Numbered from the stretch's first letter, positions 41,801 through 48,692 are shown. The stretch: DNA of 64,000 nt from an uncultured candidatus Porisulfidus sp. (GCA_963668445.1 OY764335.1:532297-596296), one strand, 5' to 3'. The notes: a model not told the origin generated them from the sequence alone. Made by a program: numbers and translations.

Positions 41801-42895
41801 CCGGTACTGGTATTTCGAAATGCTTGCGTTGGACGGATTGGTCCATCCCAAGAACACCCGAGTTCCATCAAGTGCTTGTGCGGTGAAATTGCTTGGTTTG
41901 CCCGGTGCCGTCAGATTCGCCATTACTGTAGATGAAGAACCAGCACCCGCTGGATTCACTGCACGGAGTTGAAACGTATATTCCGTCTCATTGGTCAATC
42001 CGGTGATCGTGTGGCTTGTGGTGGTTGCGCTGCTGGAGCCGATATCCGTCCATACGCCATAATTGTTTGAGCCTTCTTTTTGCCGGTACTGGTATTTCGA
42101 AATGGTTGTGTCCGACGGATCCGTCCATTTCAATGCCACGCTCTGATTGCCTACTGTCGCGGCAAGGTTGGTCGGGGCCGCTGGCGGAGGCGTTGCCGTT
42201 GCTGTTGCTTCATCCGATTCCAGCCCATCGCCGACTGAGTTGACCGCTCTGATCTTGAACGTGTATTGGGTTCCGTTGGTCAATCCGGTGACCGTGTGGG
42301 TCGTGGTGGTCGCGCTGCTGGAGCCGATATCCGTCCATCCGCCGTAATTGTTCGAGCCTTCCTTTTGCCGGTACTGGTATTTCGAAATGGTTGTGTCCGA
42401 CGGATCCGTCCATTTCAAGTTCATGCTTTTGTCAGCCGGCGTCACGGTGAAGTCGGTTGGTTTGTCCGGCGATGCCGACATGGAAACCGAGTTGGAGCCT
42501 AGGGAGAGTCCGCAGGATGATGATGTATGTTTAAGCCAATTGCTGTCTTTTGTGAACGATGACAGGTTCATGGTGTTGGTGCCGATCTTGACTTTCACGT
42601 CAGCGGTTTTCAGGTTGTTCGGATCCTTATTGAACTGGATCCAGCATTGGCCAGAAGATTGGAAAAAGTCTTTTATTTCGTATGTGGTCCCCCGGAAATC
42701 AAAATCGTCATCGCTTAAACTCCCATATGTGATGATGAGTGTGCTGTATCCTAGAGAATTGCCGAAACCCTGTGCTGCATTTAACGTGGCACTCCAGAAG
42801 AGTCCTGAATTGGCCGCGTATGTCGGTCGCGCTTCTCCTGTCAGTAGCACTGCAAGCAGCAATAAGAGATGTACTGCCTTGGGTTCCTTGCACAT
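29885..42895 (-). CDS. Giant (about 4336 aa) secreted repeat adhesin. Order: signal peptide, FN3-like modules, 17 tandem copies of a 190-aa double He_PIG/'putative Ig' unit, then a C-terminal autotransporter-like beta-barrel.
   Basis: Signal peptide MCKEPKAVHLLLLLAVLLTGEARPTYA/AN. Repeated motif LPxGLSFDAATRTLSGTP. The C-terminal 400 aa have alternating hydrophobic beta-strand patterning (AQWSVWGQGDY...), are Gly/aromatic-rich and end ...HLKIELMF. The start was moved from the ORF-track 43090 to the ATG at 42895, ahead of the signal peptide. Confidence 0.85.
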   Translation of the reverse strand: MCKEPKAVHLLLLLAVLLTGEARPTYAANSGLFWSATLNAAQGFGNSLGYSTLIITYGSLSDDDFDFRGTTYEIKDFFQSSGQCWIQFNKDPNNLKTADVKVKIGTNTMNLSSFTKDSNWLKHTSSSCGLSLGSNSVSMSASPDKPTDFTVTPADKSMNLKWTDPSDTTISKYQYRQKEGSNNYGGWTDIGSSSATTTTHTVTGLTNGTQYTFKIRAVNSVGDGLESDEATATATPPPAAPTNLAATVGNQSVALKWTDPSDTTISKYQYRQKEGSNNYGVWTDIGSSSATTTSHTITGLTNETEYTFQLRAVNPAGAGSSSTVMANLTAPGKPSNFTAQALDGTRVFLGWTNPSNASISKYQYRQKEGSNNYGGWTDIGSSSATTTSHTVTGLTSGTQYTFKIRAVNPVGNGTESDEVSVTPRPRPAKPSGFAATAGDQQVLLEWTDPSDTNITTYQIRKKTETDSVFEIWGNINKSGANTTSHTVGNLTTGVEYSFQIRAVNSTGGSPPSDTAKATPLRLTPDLPSQAGLTYGTGRSVSHQLPAATGGNAPLSYALTKEDGTALPAWLSFAAATRTLSGTTPGSAATASLKYAVTDADGETDSATFSLAVESNSQPAVTAPSDQAYSEGRPITDLVLPAATGGNGALSYALARTSGTPALPPGLSFDAATRTLSGTPSGTQAATGYTYTATDADGDAATATFTIAVAANSAPDLPSQAGLTYGTGRSVSHQLPAATGGNAPLSYALTKEDGTALPAWLSFAAATRTLSGTTPGSAATASLKYAVTDADGETDSATFSLAVESNSQPAVTAPSDQAYSEGRPITDLVLPAATGGNGALSYALARTSGTPALPPGLSFDAATRTLSGTPSGTQAATGYTYTATDADGDAATATFTIAVAANSAPDLPSQAGLTYGTGRSVSHQLPAATGGNAPLSYALTKEDGTALPAWLSFAAATRTLSGTTPGSAATASLKYAVTDADGETDSATFSLAVESNSQPAVTAPSDQAYSEGRPITDLVLPAATGGNGALSYALARTSGTPALPPGLSFDAATRTLSGTPSGTQAATGYTYTATDADGDAATATFTIAVAANSAPDLPSQAGLTYGTGRSVSHQLPAATGGNAPLSYALTKEDGTALPAWLSFAAATRTLSGTTPGSAATASLKYAVTDADGETDSATFSLAVESNSQPAVTAPSDQAYSEGRPITDLVLPAATGGNGALSYALARTSGTPALPPGLSFDAATRTLSGTPSGTQAATGYTYTATDADGDAATATFTIAVAANSAPDLPSQAGLTYGTGRSVSHQLPAATGGNAPLSYALTKEDGTALPAWLSFAAATRTLSGTTPGSAATASLKYAVTDADGETDSATFSLAVESNSQPAVTAPSDQAYSEGRPITDLVLPAATGGNGALSYALARTSGTPALPPGLSFDAATRTLSGTPSGTQAATGYTYTATDADGDAATATFTIAVAANSAPDLPSQAGLTYGTGRSVSHQLPAATGGNAPLSYALTKEDGTALPAWLSFAAATRTLSGTTPGSAATASLKYAVTDADGETDSATFSLAVESNSQPAVTAPSDQAYSEGRPITDLVLPAATGGNGALSYALARTSGTPALPPGLSFDAATRTLSGTPSGTQAATGYTYTATDADGDAATATFTIAVAANSAPDLPSQAGLTYGTGRSVSHQLPAATGGNAPLSYALTKEDGTALPAWLSFAAATRTLSGTTPGSAATASLKYAVTDADGETDSATFSLAVESNSQPAVTAPSDQAYSEGRPITDLVLPAATGGNGALSYALARTSGTPALPPGLSFDAATRTLSGTPSGTQAATGYTYTATDADGDAATATFTIAVAANSAPDLPSQAGLTYGTGRSVSHQLPAATGGNAPLSYALTKEDGTALPAWLSFAAATRTLSGTTPGSAATASLKYAVTDADGETDSATFSLAVESNSQPAVTAPSDQAYSEGRPITDLVLPAATGGNGALSYALARTSGTPALPPGLSFDAATRTLSGTPSGTQAATGYTYTATDADGDAATATFTIAVAANSAPDLPSQAGLTYGTGRSVSHQLPAATGGNAPLSYALTKEDGTALPAWLSFAAATRTLSGTTPGSAATASLKYAVTDADGETDSATFSLAVESNSQPAVTAPSDQAYSEGRPITDLVLPAATGGNGALSYALARTSGTPALPPGLSFDAATRTLSGTPSGTQAATGYTYTATDADGDAATATFTIAVAANSAPDLPSQAGLTYGTGRSVSHQLPAATGGNAPLSYALTKEDGTALPAWLSFAAATRTLSGTTPGSAATASLKYAVTDADGETDSATFSLAVESNSQPAVTAPSDQAYSEGRPITDLVLPAATGGNGALSYALARTSGTPALPPGLSFDAATRTLSGTPSGTQAATGYTYTATDADGDAATATFTIAVAANSAPDLPSQAGLTYGTGRSVSHQLPAATGGNAPLSYALTKEDGTALPAWLSFAAATRTLSGTTPGSAATASLKYAVTDADGETDSATFSLAVESNSQPAVTAPSDQAYSEGRPITDLVLPAATGGNGALSYALARTSGTPALPPGLSFDAATRTLSGTPSGTQAATGYTYTATDADGDAATATFTIAVAANSAPDLPSQAGLTYGTGRSVSHQLPAATGGNAPLSYALTKEDGTALPAWLSFAAATRTLSGTTPGSAATASLKYAVTDADGETDSATFSLAVESNSQPAVTAPSDQAYSEGRPITDLVLPAATGGNGALSYALARTSGTPALPPGLSFDAATRTLSGTPSGTQAATGYTYTATDADGDAATATFTIAVAANSAPDLPSQAGLTYGTGRSVSHQLPAATGGNAPLSYALTKEDGTALPAWLSFAAATRTLSGTTPGSAATASLKYAVTDADGETDSATFSLAVESNSQPAVTAPSDQAYSEGRPITDLVLPAATGGNGALSYALARTSGTPALPPGLSFDAATRTLSGTPSGTQAATGYTYTATDADGDAATATFTIAVAANSAPDLPSQAGLTYGTGRSVSHQLPAATGGNAPLSYALTKEDGTALPAWLSFAAATRTLSGTTPGSAATASLKYAVTDADGETDSATFSLAVESNSQPAVTAPSDQAYSEGRPITDLVLPAATGGNGALSYALARTSGTPALPPGLSFDAATRTLSGTPSGTQAATGYTYTATDADGDAATATFTIAVAANSAPDLPSQAGLTYGTGRSVSHQLPAATGGNAPLSYALTKEDGTALPAWLSFAAATRTLSGTTPGSAATASLKYAVTDADGETDSATFSLAVESNSQPAVTAPSDQAYSEGRPITDLVLPAATGGNGALSYALARTSGTPALPPGLSFDAATRTLSGTPSGTQAATGYTYTATDADGDAATATFTIAVAANSAPDLPSQAGLTYGTGRSVSHQLPAATGGNAPLSYALTKEDGTALPAWLSFAAATRTLSGTTPGSAATASLKYAVTDADGETDSATFSLAVESNSQPAVTAPSDQAYSEGRPITDLVLPAATGGNGALSYALARTSGTPALPPGLSFDAATRTLSGTPSGTQAATGYTYTATDADGDAATATFTIAVAANSAPDLPSQAGLTYGTGRSVSHQLPAATGGNAPLSYALTKEDGTALPAWLSFAAATRTLSGTTPGSAATASLKYAVTDADGETDSATFSLAVESNSQPAVTAPSDQAYSEGRPITDLVLPAATGGNGALSYALARTSGTPALPPGLSFDAATRTLSGTPSGTQAATGYTYTATDADGDAATATFTIMVQESIESPPLGPPTLNDTIADQVYARGRRITDLALPLASGGNGALSYALARTSGTPALPPGLSFDAATRTLSGTPSGTQAATGYTYTATDADGNSAAAAFTIAVQTDTIEEKAVLEASLSQIAGSMMASTQQVLNWRFAKPPDDVIRMAGLEPDTSESDRRTLTQPAALDVIERFKAGSVTDEGSRISTTEWLLESTFDFSLNAGSEASHAQWSVWGQGDYTESSGEINGNGHYESDMRSFYVGVDARIQKQWIAGVAVSHRRAHSDYSFGEQGLNGSGTMEMKLTSVHPYAHVDLGDGVGVWMMLGAGEGDIELESLRSGMDSADSEHRDLSMQMASVGLRRELGESERKDHRWALMADAGYVQLEADGEILEIDDLTANAHQVRAGMEYSRTIEDEAGNFTNPYAQAFARYDGGNGSEGVGLELAGGMYFESVVDGWALDVQGRWLAAHSESDYEERGVSVTLKKNPDADGRGLSLMLSPRWGAPTDSSSTMWEENAADLADRSAPNESAAMGVEVGYGMWSPWLRRPIEWFGKAEHSSDLSKMRLGVRFGRETGAMAQWRADVFGEHAASNEANGLSIHLKIELMF
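31640..41335. repeat. Seventeen nucleotide-identical tandem repeats of 570 bp inside the giant adhesin gene. A divergent partial copy lies at each end.
   Basis: Sequence blocks 570 nt apart are character-for-character identical; for example the lines at 32221 and 33361 continue identically across the whole array. Each unit encodes DLPSQAGLTYGTGRSV...TFTIAVAANSAP. Confidence 0.9.
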
Positions 42896-42936
42896 GTCCT
42901 GCAACCATTTCTCAATGGCCTTACGACAGGGCCGAT

Positions 42937-42960
42937 GGGGGGGGGGGGGGGGGGGGGGGG
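42937..42960. repeat. Homopolymeric G/C tract, 24 nt, 41 nt upstream of the giant adhesin start codon. Putative phase-variation switch.
   Basis: 24 consecutive G on the plus strand, counted directly. It lies between the adhesin ATG (42895) and the AT-rich upstream region. Confidence 0.8.
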
Positions 42961-43949
42961 CTGTAATGTTAGGAATGCGCCGCCTGCTGCCATTCGCTGG
43001 CCGGGCCGGATCAATGCTGGCCAAAGCCTTCCGGAAATCCATGCGCGCTAAGCCTTCCCGTGAAAAGCGGAGAATTTGCTCTGGCACCAATTGCGCGGGT
43101 TATAATCCATAGAGATAGCATCTCCACTATGTTTGAATTCTTGTTGTGGTTAATGTGGGTTTGTTCGTTACTTTCTGTTATGTATTTATTAGTTACATCA
43201 CATTTTTGCATGCATGTTTAGGTATCTTATAGCAGATTCCCACAATTTGTCAACAACTGCAAGGCAAATGTCAAACCAAAGCCGGAACGACTATGGCGAG
43301 AAAACTAAGACTTCCCCGAAGGTCCAAAGTGTCAGAAGACTCGGATTCGAAGCGTCAAGTCGGTGTTGAGTTTCAAGGACTGGAGACGGATTTGGAGACT
43401 TAAGGCCGCAGGATTCGACTTGTATCCTTCCTGCCATGATTACGTGCGGATGGTCATAATCAATCTATGGATGACTGCATGAGCATGCTTGATCGGACGC
43501 ACGAAACCGTGCATGGCATACATCGGAGCGTATGCCCACAAGGACGGCATCGCCATCGCCCGGGCGCTGTCGGTCGCAATGGGTGGCATCGCCCGTCATT
43601 CCATGAGTCTTTGCCGCGACGTTCACGATACGGGAGGCTTTGTCGAATGCTGCAGTCGAAGTGTCGCGGCCGGTCTGGGGAACCCTTGATCATGTTCCAG
43701 AGTGCCGGAAAATTCCTAGTAGCAAGACGAAAGCAGCTCGCGACGAACGTGTGATCTTGCAGCAGCCAATCCGCACATAGCAACTTGATCAATCATCGTC
43801 ATTAGCAGTGGCACCCTGACTTGGTGCAAACCTCCGCATTCTCCACTACAAGACATGGTATCATGAAATGCTGCATCGCAGAGCTTTCGCCCGACATCGG
43901 CGGAGGTTACGAGCCGGTCACAACATAGCAGCACAATTATTCTCCAACG

Positions 43950-44351
43950 ATGAGCTACTGCATTCTGGACACGCGGGGACTTTGGATTGAGCGCGTTGAG
44001 CAGAGTTCGGAATGCCTGTCGCTGGCCTTTGCGCAGGCGAACATCGAAAAAATCATGGACAATGCAGAACAGCGCACATTGTGGACGCAGGCGGGAGCGC
44101 TTGAAATCTGGACGGCGCAGATGGTGCCGGACCTGCCGGAGGCTCCGTTCGTGATTGCGCATTCGGGTCTGGACGACGGCTTGTACACGCAACGCGACAT
44201 GATTCGCATCCCGATGGATGCTTCGGGGACGGTCGCGATGGAGTTGCAATGCGCGGGGCTGCCGGAGCCTTGGCGCATCGAAGGGGAACGCGTGCGGCTG
44301 CGCTTGGATGGAAACCCGCGCTATGTGCGCCATTTGGAGCCGGAAGCCTAA
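43950..44351 (+). CDS. Hypothetical protein immediately upstream of djlA.
   Basis: 133-aa ORF ending 4 nt before the djlA start. No recognisable motif. Confidence 0.4.
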   Translation: MSYCILDTRGLWIERVEQSSECLSLAFAQANIEKIMDNAEQRTLWTQAGALEIWTAQMVPDLPEAPFVIAHSGLDDGLYTQRDMIRIPMDASGTVAMELQCAGLPEPWRIEGERVRLRLDGNPRYVRHLEPEA

Positions 44352-44355
44352 GCCC

Positions 44356-45129
44356 ATGCCCAACCTGCTCGGCACCGTCCTGAAGACGATCCTCTTCATG
44401 CTGATCGGCGGTTTTTTTCTGGGCAGCTGGGGCATTCTTCTCGGCGCCATGGTGGGCTTCATGTCGGGCATGAACAGCGAACGGGTGCGCGTCTCGCGCA
44501 GCGACGAATTCTTCCGTGTCACGTTCCGGATGATGGGGCACATGGCCAAAGCGGACGGCCGGGTTTCTGAGCAGGAGATCGCATGCGCCCGGCAGGCGAT
44601 GCATTCCTTCGGGCTGGATCCGGTGCAGCGGGACCGTGCCATCGACTACTTCCGGGAAGGGGCGCAGGAGGAGGTAGATCTGGCCGCGGAATTGCGCGAA
44701 GTGGCGCAGATTTGCCGCCGCGACGTCCGGCTGGCGGCGATGTTCGTGGAAATCCAAGTCGCGCTGGCCTGCGCGGATGGCGAGTTCTCGCCGCCAGAGC
44801 AGGAAATCGTTCGGGCCTGCTGCACGACATTGGGATTTTCGGAAGAACAGGCGCAGGTCTTTGTGGAGCATCATCTCGGCGGCGGAGACGCTGGGACGGA
44901 TGCGGGCATGGCGCGCGGGCAGGAACTGGAGCGGGCGTACGGCCTGCTGGAAGTGGAGGCTTCGGCCTCGATGGAAGAGGTGCAGCGGGCATACGGCCGC
45001 AAGATGAAGGGCTTCCATCCGGACAAATTGGCATCCAAGGGCCTGCCGAAGGAATTCATGGATTTCGCGACCGAGCAGACCAAGAAGTTCACGAAGGCGT
45101 ACCAAGTCATCAAGCAGGCGCGGAGGTGA
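44356..45129 (+). CDS. djlA: DnaJ-like co-chaperone DjlA: TM anchor, TerB-like domain and C-terminal J domain.
   Basis: N-terminal TM segment (MPNLLGTVLKTILFMLIGGFFLGSWGILLGAMVGF). C-terminal J-domain with the HPD motif (...AYGRKMKGFHPDKLASKGLP...). Confidence 0.8.
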   Translation: MPNLLGTVLKTILFMLIGGFFLGSWGILLGAMVGFMSGMNSERVRVSRSDEFFRVTFRMMGHMAKADGRVSEQEIACARQAMHSFGLDPVQRDRAIDYFREGAQEEVDLAAELREVAQICRRDVRLAAMFVEIQVALACADGEFSPPEQEIVRACCTTLGFSEEQAQVFVEHHLGGGDAGTDAGMARGQELERAYGLLEVEASASMEEVQRAYGRKMKGFHPDKLASKGLPKEFMDFATEQTKKFTKAYQVIKQARR

Positions 45130-45132
45130 CCG

Positions 45133-46014
45133 ATGCGTTTGGTGACCGTTGCTTTTGAAGGCTGCGACCAGTTGGGCGTATGGCAGGAGGATCTGGTGTT
45201 TCTGCCGGCTCGGCAGGATGCCGCACTGCCGGCGACGATGCTGGCATTGATCGACGGAGGGGATGCCGCGCTGCTCGCCTTGCGGCAGGCGGTGGAGGCG
45301 GCCGATGCGCAGGCGCATGTGCCCGCGGACCGAATGGAATTGCTGGCGCCCATACCGCGGCCTCGCCAGAATATCATGTGCATGGGGTTGAACTATGCCG
45401 ATCATGTCGAGGAGGCATCCGCTTCGCTGGGGCGCGGATCCGACCTGCCGAAATACCCGATCGTATTCACCAAGGCTGCCAACAGCATCAATGCGCCGTA
45501 TGGAGATATTCCCTACGATGCCTCCGTTTCGGACAAGCTCGACTGGGAAGCGGAATTGGGCGTCGTGATCGGCCGTGCGGGCCAGGGCATTGCGGAAGCG
45601 GATGCGCAGACGCATGTCTTCGGCTATACCGTCATCAACGACGTTTCAGCTCGCGACTTGCAGCGCCGGCACAAGCAGTTCTTCATCGGCAAGAGCCTCA
45701 GCGGCTTCTGTCCCATGGGGCCATGCATCGTGACGGCGGACGAGATCGAAGACCCGCACAATTTGGAACTGTGGTGCCGCGTCAACGGTGTGGAGAAGCA
45801 GCATTCCAATACGCGCCACCAGATATTCCGCATCGAGCAACAGATTGCGGTGCTGTCGCATGGCATGCGGCTGGAGCCGGGCGATATTCTGGCGACCGGC
45901 ACGCCGAGCGGCGTCGGCTTCGCCCGTACGCCGCCGGAATACTTGCGGCCGGGGGATGTGGTGGAATGCGAAGTCGAGCGGGTTGGCGTAATCCGCAACC
46001 GCGTGCGCGGCTGA
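45133..46014 (+). CDS. Fumarylacetoacetate hydrolase (FAH)-family hydratase/isomerase.
   Basis: ...NIMCMGLNYADHVEE...PIVFTKAANSINAPYGDI...GTPSGVG... is the FAH fold signature. Confidence 0.8.
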   Translation: MRLVTVAFEGCDQLGVWQEDLVFLPARQDAALPATMLALIDGGDAALLALRQAVEAADAQAHVPADRMELLAPIPRPRQNIMCMGLNYADHVEEASASLGRGSDLPKYPIVFTKAANSINAPYGDIPYDASVSDKLDWEAELGVVIGRAGQGIAEADAQTHVFGYTVINDVSARDLQRRHKQFFIGKSLSGFCPMGPCIVTADEIEDPHNLELWCRVNGVEKQHSNTRHQIFRIEQQIAVLSHGMRLEPGDILATGTPSGVGFARTPPEYLRPGDVVECEVERVGVIRNRVRG

Positions 46015-46033
46015 AGGCTGGCCGCGACGGCCC

Positions 46034-46780
46034 CTACCAGTAGCTTTCGGTCGTAATTTGCCCGGGTGCGCTTCGTCGGTTGCGCGCCAAACCCATCGTG
46101 CGCAGCAGCGCCGATGTGTCTTTCACCATCTGCGGGTTGCCGCAGAGCATGACTTGGGCGTGCGCCGGATCGAAATCCATGCCGGTGCGTTTTGCCAGCC
46201 GGTCGTCCTCAATGGCGGCGGGAATGCGTCCGTCCAGCGCATTCGGATCGTTTTCGCGGCTGACGATCGGGACGAAGGCGAATTGCTTCGGATGCTGCTG
46301 CTGATAGGTTCGGATGGTCTCCCGGTACGAAAGTTCGCGGCTGTAGCGTACGGCATGCACCAAGGCAATTTTCCGGTGCCGGGCCCATGGCTCCGGCGTG
46401 CCGAGCATGGACAGATACGGGCCGATGCCGGTGCCGGTCGAAAGCAGCCAGAGGCATTCGCTTTCAGGCACTTCGCTCAGCACGAAGAACCCGACGCCCT
46501 GCGACGACACCCAGATCGTATCGCCGGGCTTCAGGGCTTCCAGACGCGACGACAGCGGCCCTTCGGGCACGATGATGGAATAGAATTCCAGCGGCGAGGT
46601 GCCGGGCGGGTTGACGAACGAGTAAGGGCGCGCCACACGCTCGCCGTCGATATCAAGCGCCAGACGCCCGAATTGCCCAGCTTGAAATCGGACGCCCGGA
46701 GCATCGATGCGCAAGGAGTACAGTTGATCGGTCCAGTGGCGATTTTCGACCACCGTGCCGGCGAGCCATTCGGTTGCCAT
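46034..46780 (-). CDS. fpr: Ferredoxin--NADP+ reductase.
   Basis: FAD-binding RPYSF and NAD(P)-binding LLSTGTGIGPYLS motifs in a roughly 250-aa Fpr-type architecture. Confidence 0.8.
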   Translation of the reverse strand: MATEWLAGTVVENRHWTDQLYSLRIDAPGVRFQAGQFGRLALDIDGERVARPYSFVNPPGTSPLEFYSIIVPEGPLSSRLEALKPGDTIWVSSQGVGFFVLSEVPESECLWLLSTGTGIGPYLSMLGTPEPWARHRKIALVHAVRYSRELSYRETIRTYQQQHPKQFAFVPIVSRENDPNALDGRIPAAIEDDRLAKRTGMDFDPAHAQVMLCGNPQMVKDTSALLRTMGLARNRRSAPGQITTESYW

Positions 46781-46786
46781 CGAATC

Positions 46787-47098
46787 TCAGCAGCGGACGA
46801 AGATGTGATTGTCCTCAACGCGCACCGGATAGGTGCGCAGCGGCTCATCGGCCGGTTCTTCCATCGGCTGCCCGGTGCGGACGCTGAAGCGGCTGCCATG
46901 CAGCGTGCATTTGATCAGTTCGCCATCCAGGCATCCTAGGGACAGGGAAGAGTCTTCATGCGTGCATGTGTCGTCGCAGGCGTACACCGTGCCCGACACG
47001 TTGGCTAGAAGAATAGGGCCGTTCGGGTGCTCGATGCGAAGGGTGCAACCAAGCGGCAAGTCGGCCATTTTCGCGACCCGTTGGTAGGGATTTGGCAT
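46787..47098 (-). CDS. Rieske (2Fe-2S) domain protein.
   Basis: CTHEDSSL...CTLHGSRF supplies the Cys-x-His and Cys-x-x-His ligands. The start is uncertain (ATG at 47098 or 47068). Confidence 0.6.
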   Translation of the reverse strand: MPNPYQRVAKMADLPLGCTLRIEHPNGPILLANVSGTVYACDDTCTHEDSSLSLGCLDGELIKCTLHGSRFSVRTGQPMEEPADEPLRTYPVRVEDNHIFVRC

Positions 47099-47165
47099 AA
47101 TCAATCCGGCTTTACGGAGCAATTATAGCCGCAAGCCGTTTGGCGCAGGCGATCAGGGCGCAACT

Positions 47166-48692
47166 ATGGACTATTTGGAACGCATTCGGCAGGCGTGTCG
47201 GGTTTACGATGTGGCGGAGCGTACGCCGTTGCAGCGAGCGCCGCGGCTGACGGAGCGGCTGGGTTGCGAGGTATGGCTCAAGCGCGAAGACCTGCAGCAG
47301 GTTTTTTCGTTTAAATTGAGGGGCGCGTACAACAAAATCGCGTCGCTCGATGCGCAACAGCGTGTGCACGGCGTGATTGCTGCTTCCGCTGGCAATCATG
47401 CGCAGGGCGTGGCGTTGGCTGCCGCCAAACTGGGCCTGGATGCGGTCATCGTGATGCCGCGCACCACGCCGCCTATCAAGATCAACGCCGTGCGTGCGTT
47501 GGGCGCGAAGATCATTTTGGAAGGCGATGATTACGATGCGGCGCAGCAATATGCGCTGGACCGGGCTGCGGCGGAACAGCGCGCCTTCGTGCCGCCGTAC
47601 GACGATCCGGACGTGATCGCCGGGCAGGGCACGATCGCTGTGGAAATTTGCGAGCAATGCGAATCGCCGCCGCATGCGGTCTTCATCCCAGTGGGCGGCG
47701 GCGGGCTGGTGGCTGGCATGGGCACGTGGCTGCGCCATGCCATGCCCGAAACGCTGGTCATCGGTGTGGAACCTGAGGATGCGCCTTCGATGGAGCGAGC
47801 CTTGGCAGCAGGCGAGCGCGTGCGTCTGGAGCAGGTCGGCCTGTTCGCGGATGGCGCGGCCGTGCGCCAAGTGGGCGAGGAAACGTTCCGGCTGGCGCGC
47901 GAGTGCGTGGATGAAATGATTCTGGTCGGCATCGACGAGATCTGCGCGGCGATCAAGGATATGTTCGAAGAGACGCGGGTGCTGGTCGAACCGGCCGGTG
48001 CGCTGGCGGTCGCCGGCATCAAGCGTTATACGCAGAACCACGCTGTCCAAGGCCAATCGCTGGTGGCCGTGAGCAGCGGCGCCAATATCAATTTCGATCG
48101 CTTGCGGCATGTGGCCGAACGTTCCGAACTGGGCGAGGGGCATGAAGGCATTTTTGCGGTGACGATTCCGGAAGAACCCGGCAGTTTCCTGCGTTTTTGC
48201 AAAGCGGTCGGCAAGCACAGCATCAGCGAGTTCAATTACCGTTATGCGGATTCCCAGAATGCGCAGATATTCGTCGGCATTAAATTCCGCGATGCCGAAG
48301 CCGAAAAGCCGGACTGGGTGGCGCATCTTCGGGATTGCGGCTACCGCGTGCAGGACTTAAGCGACAACGAAGCTGCCAAACTGCATTTGCGCTATATGGT
48401 CGGCGGGCATACGCATAGTCCGCAGCGCGAAATCTTGTACCGCTTCGAGTTTCCGGAACGGCCGGGGGCATTGCTGAACTTTCTGTCCAGCATGAGCCAG
48501 AATTGGAACATCAGCCTGTTCCATTACCGGAACCACGGTTCCGCATACGGGCGGGTGTTGGTCGGCATGCAAGTGCCGGAAGGCGAAATGGATTTGCTGA
48601 GGGAATTTCTTGATACGTTAGGCTACCGCTACTATGAGGAAACGAGCAATGCGGCCTGCCAGATTTTTCTGGGATTGGTAGCAGAGGCTTGA
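47166..48692 (+). CDS. ilvA: Biosynthetic threonine dehydratase.
   Basis: PLP lysine motif SFKLRGAYNK, with a catalytic domain plus two C-terminal ACT-like regulatory domains (about 508 aa). Confidence 0.9.
   Translation: MDYLERIRQACRVYDVAERTPLQRAPRLTERLGCEVWLKREDLQQVFSFKLRGAYNKIASLDAQQRVHGVIAASAGNHAQGVALAAAKLGLDAVIVMPRTTPPIKINAVRALGAKIILEGDDYDAAQQYALDRAAAEQRAFVPPYDDPDVIAGQGTIAVEICEQCESPPHAVFIPVGGGGLVAGMGTWLRHAMPETLVIGVEPEDAPSMERALAAGERVRLEQVGLFADGAAVRQVGEETFRLARECVDEMILVGIDEICAAIKDMFEETRVLVEPAGALAVAGIKRYTQNHAVQGQSLVAVSSGANINFDRLRHVAERSELGEGHEGIFAVTIPEEPGSFLRFCKAVGKHSISEFNYRYADSQNAQIFVGIKFRDAEAEKPDWVAHLRDCGYRVQDLSDNEAAKLHLRYMVGGHTHSPQREILYRFEFPERPGALLNFLSSMSQNWNISLFHYRNHGSAYGRVLVGMQVPEGEMDLLREFLDTLGYRYYEETSNAACQIFLGLVAEA

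Noticed and set aside
43320-43440. tRNA-like fragments (GGATTCGA...CTGCCA) suggestive of a tRNA or att site next to the adhesin.
   Set aside because: They cannot be folded into a cloverleaf, with a 9-nt T-loop and no acceptor pairing. This is probably chance similarity.
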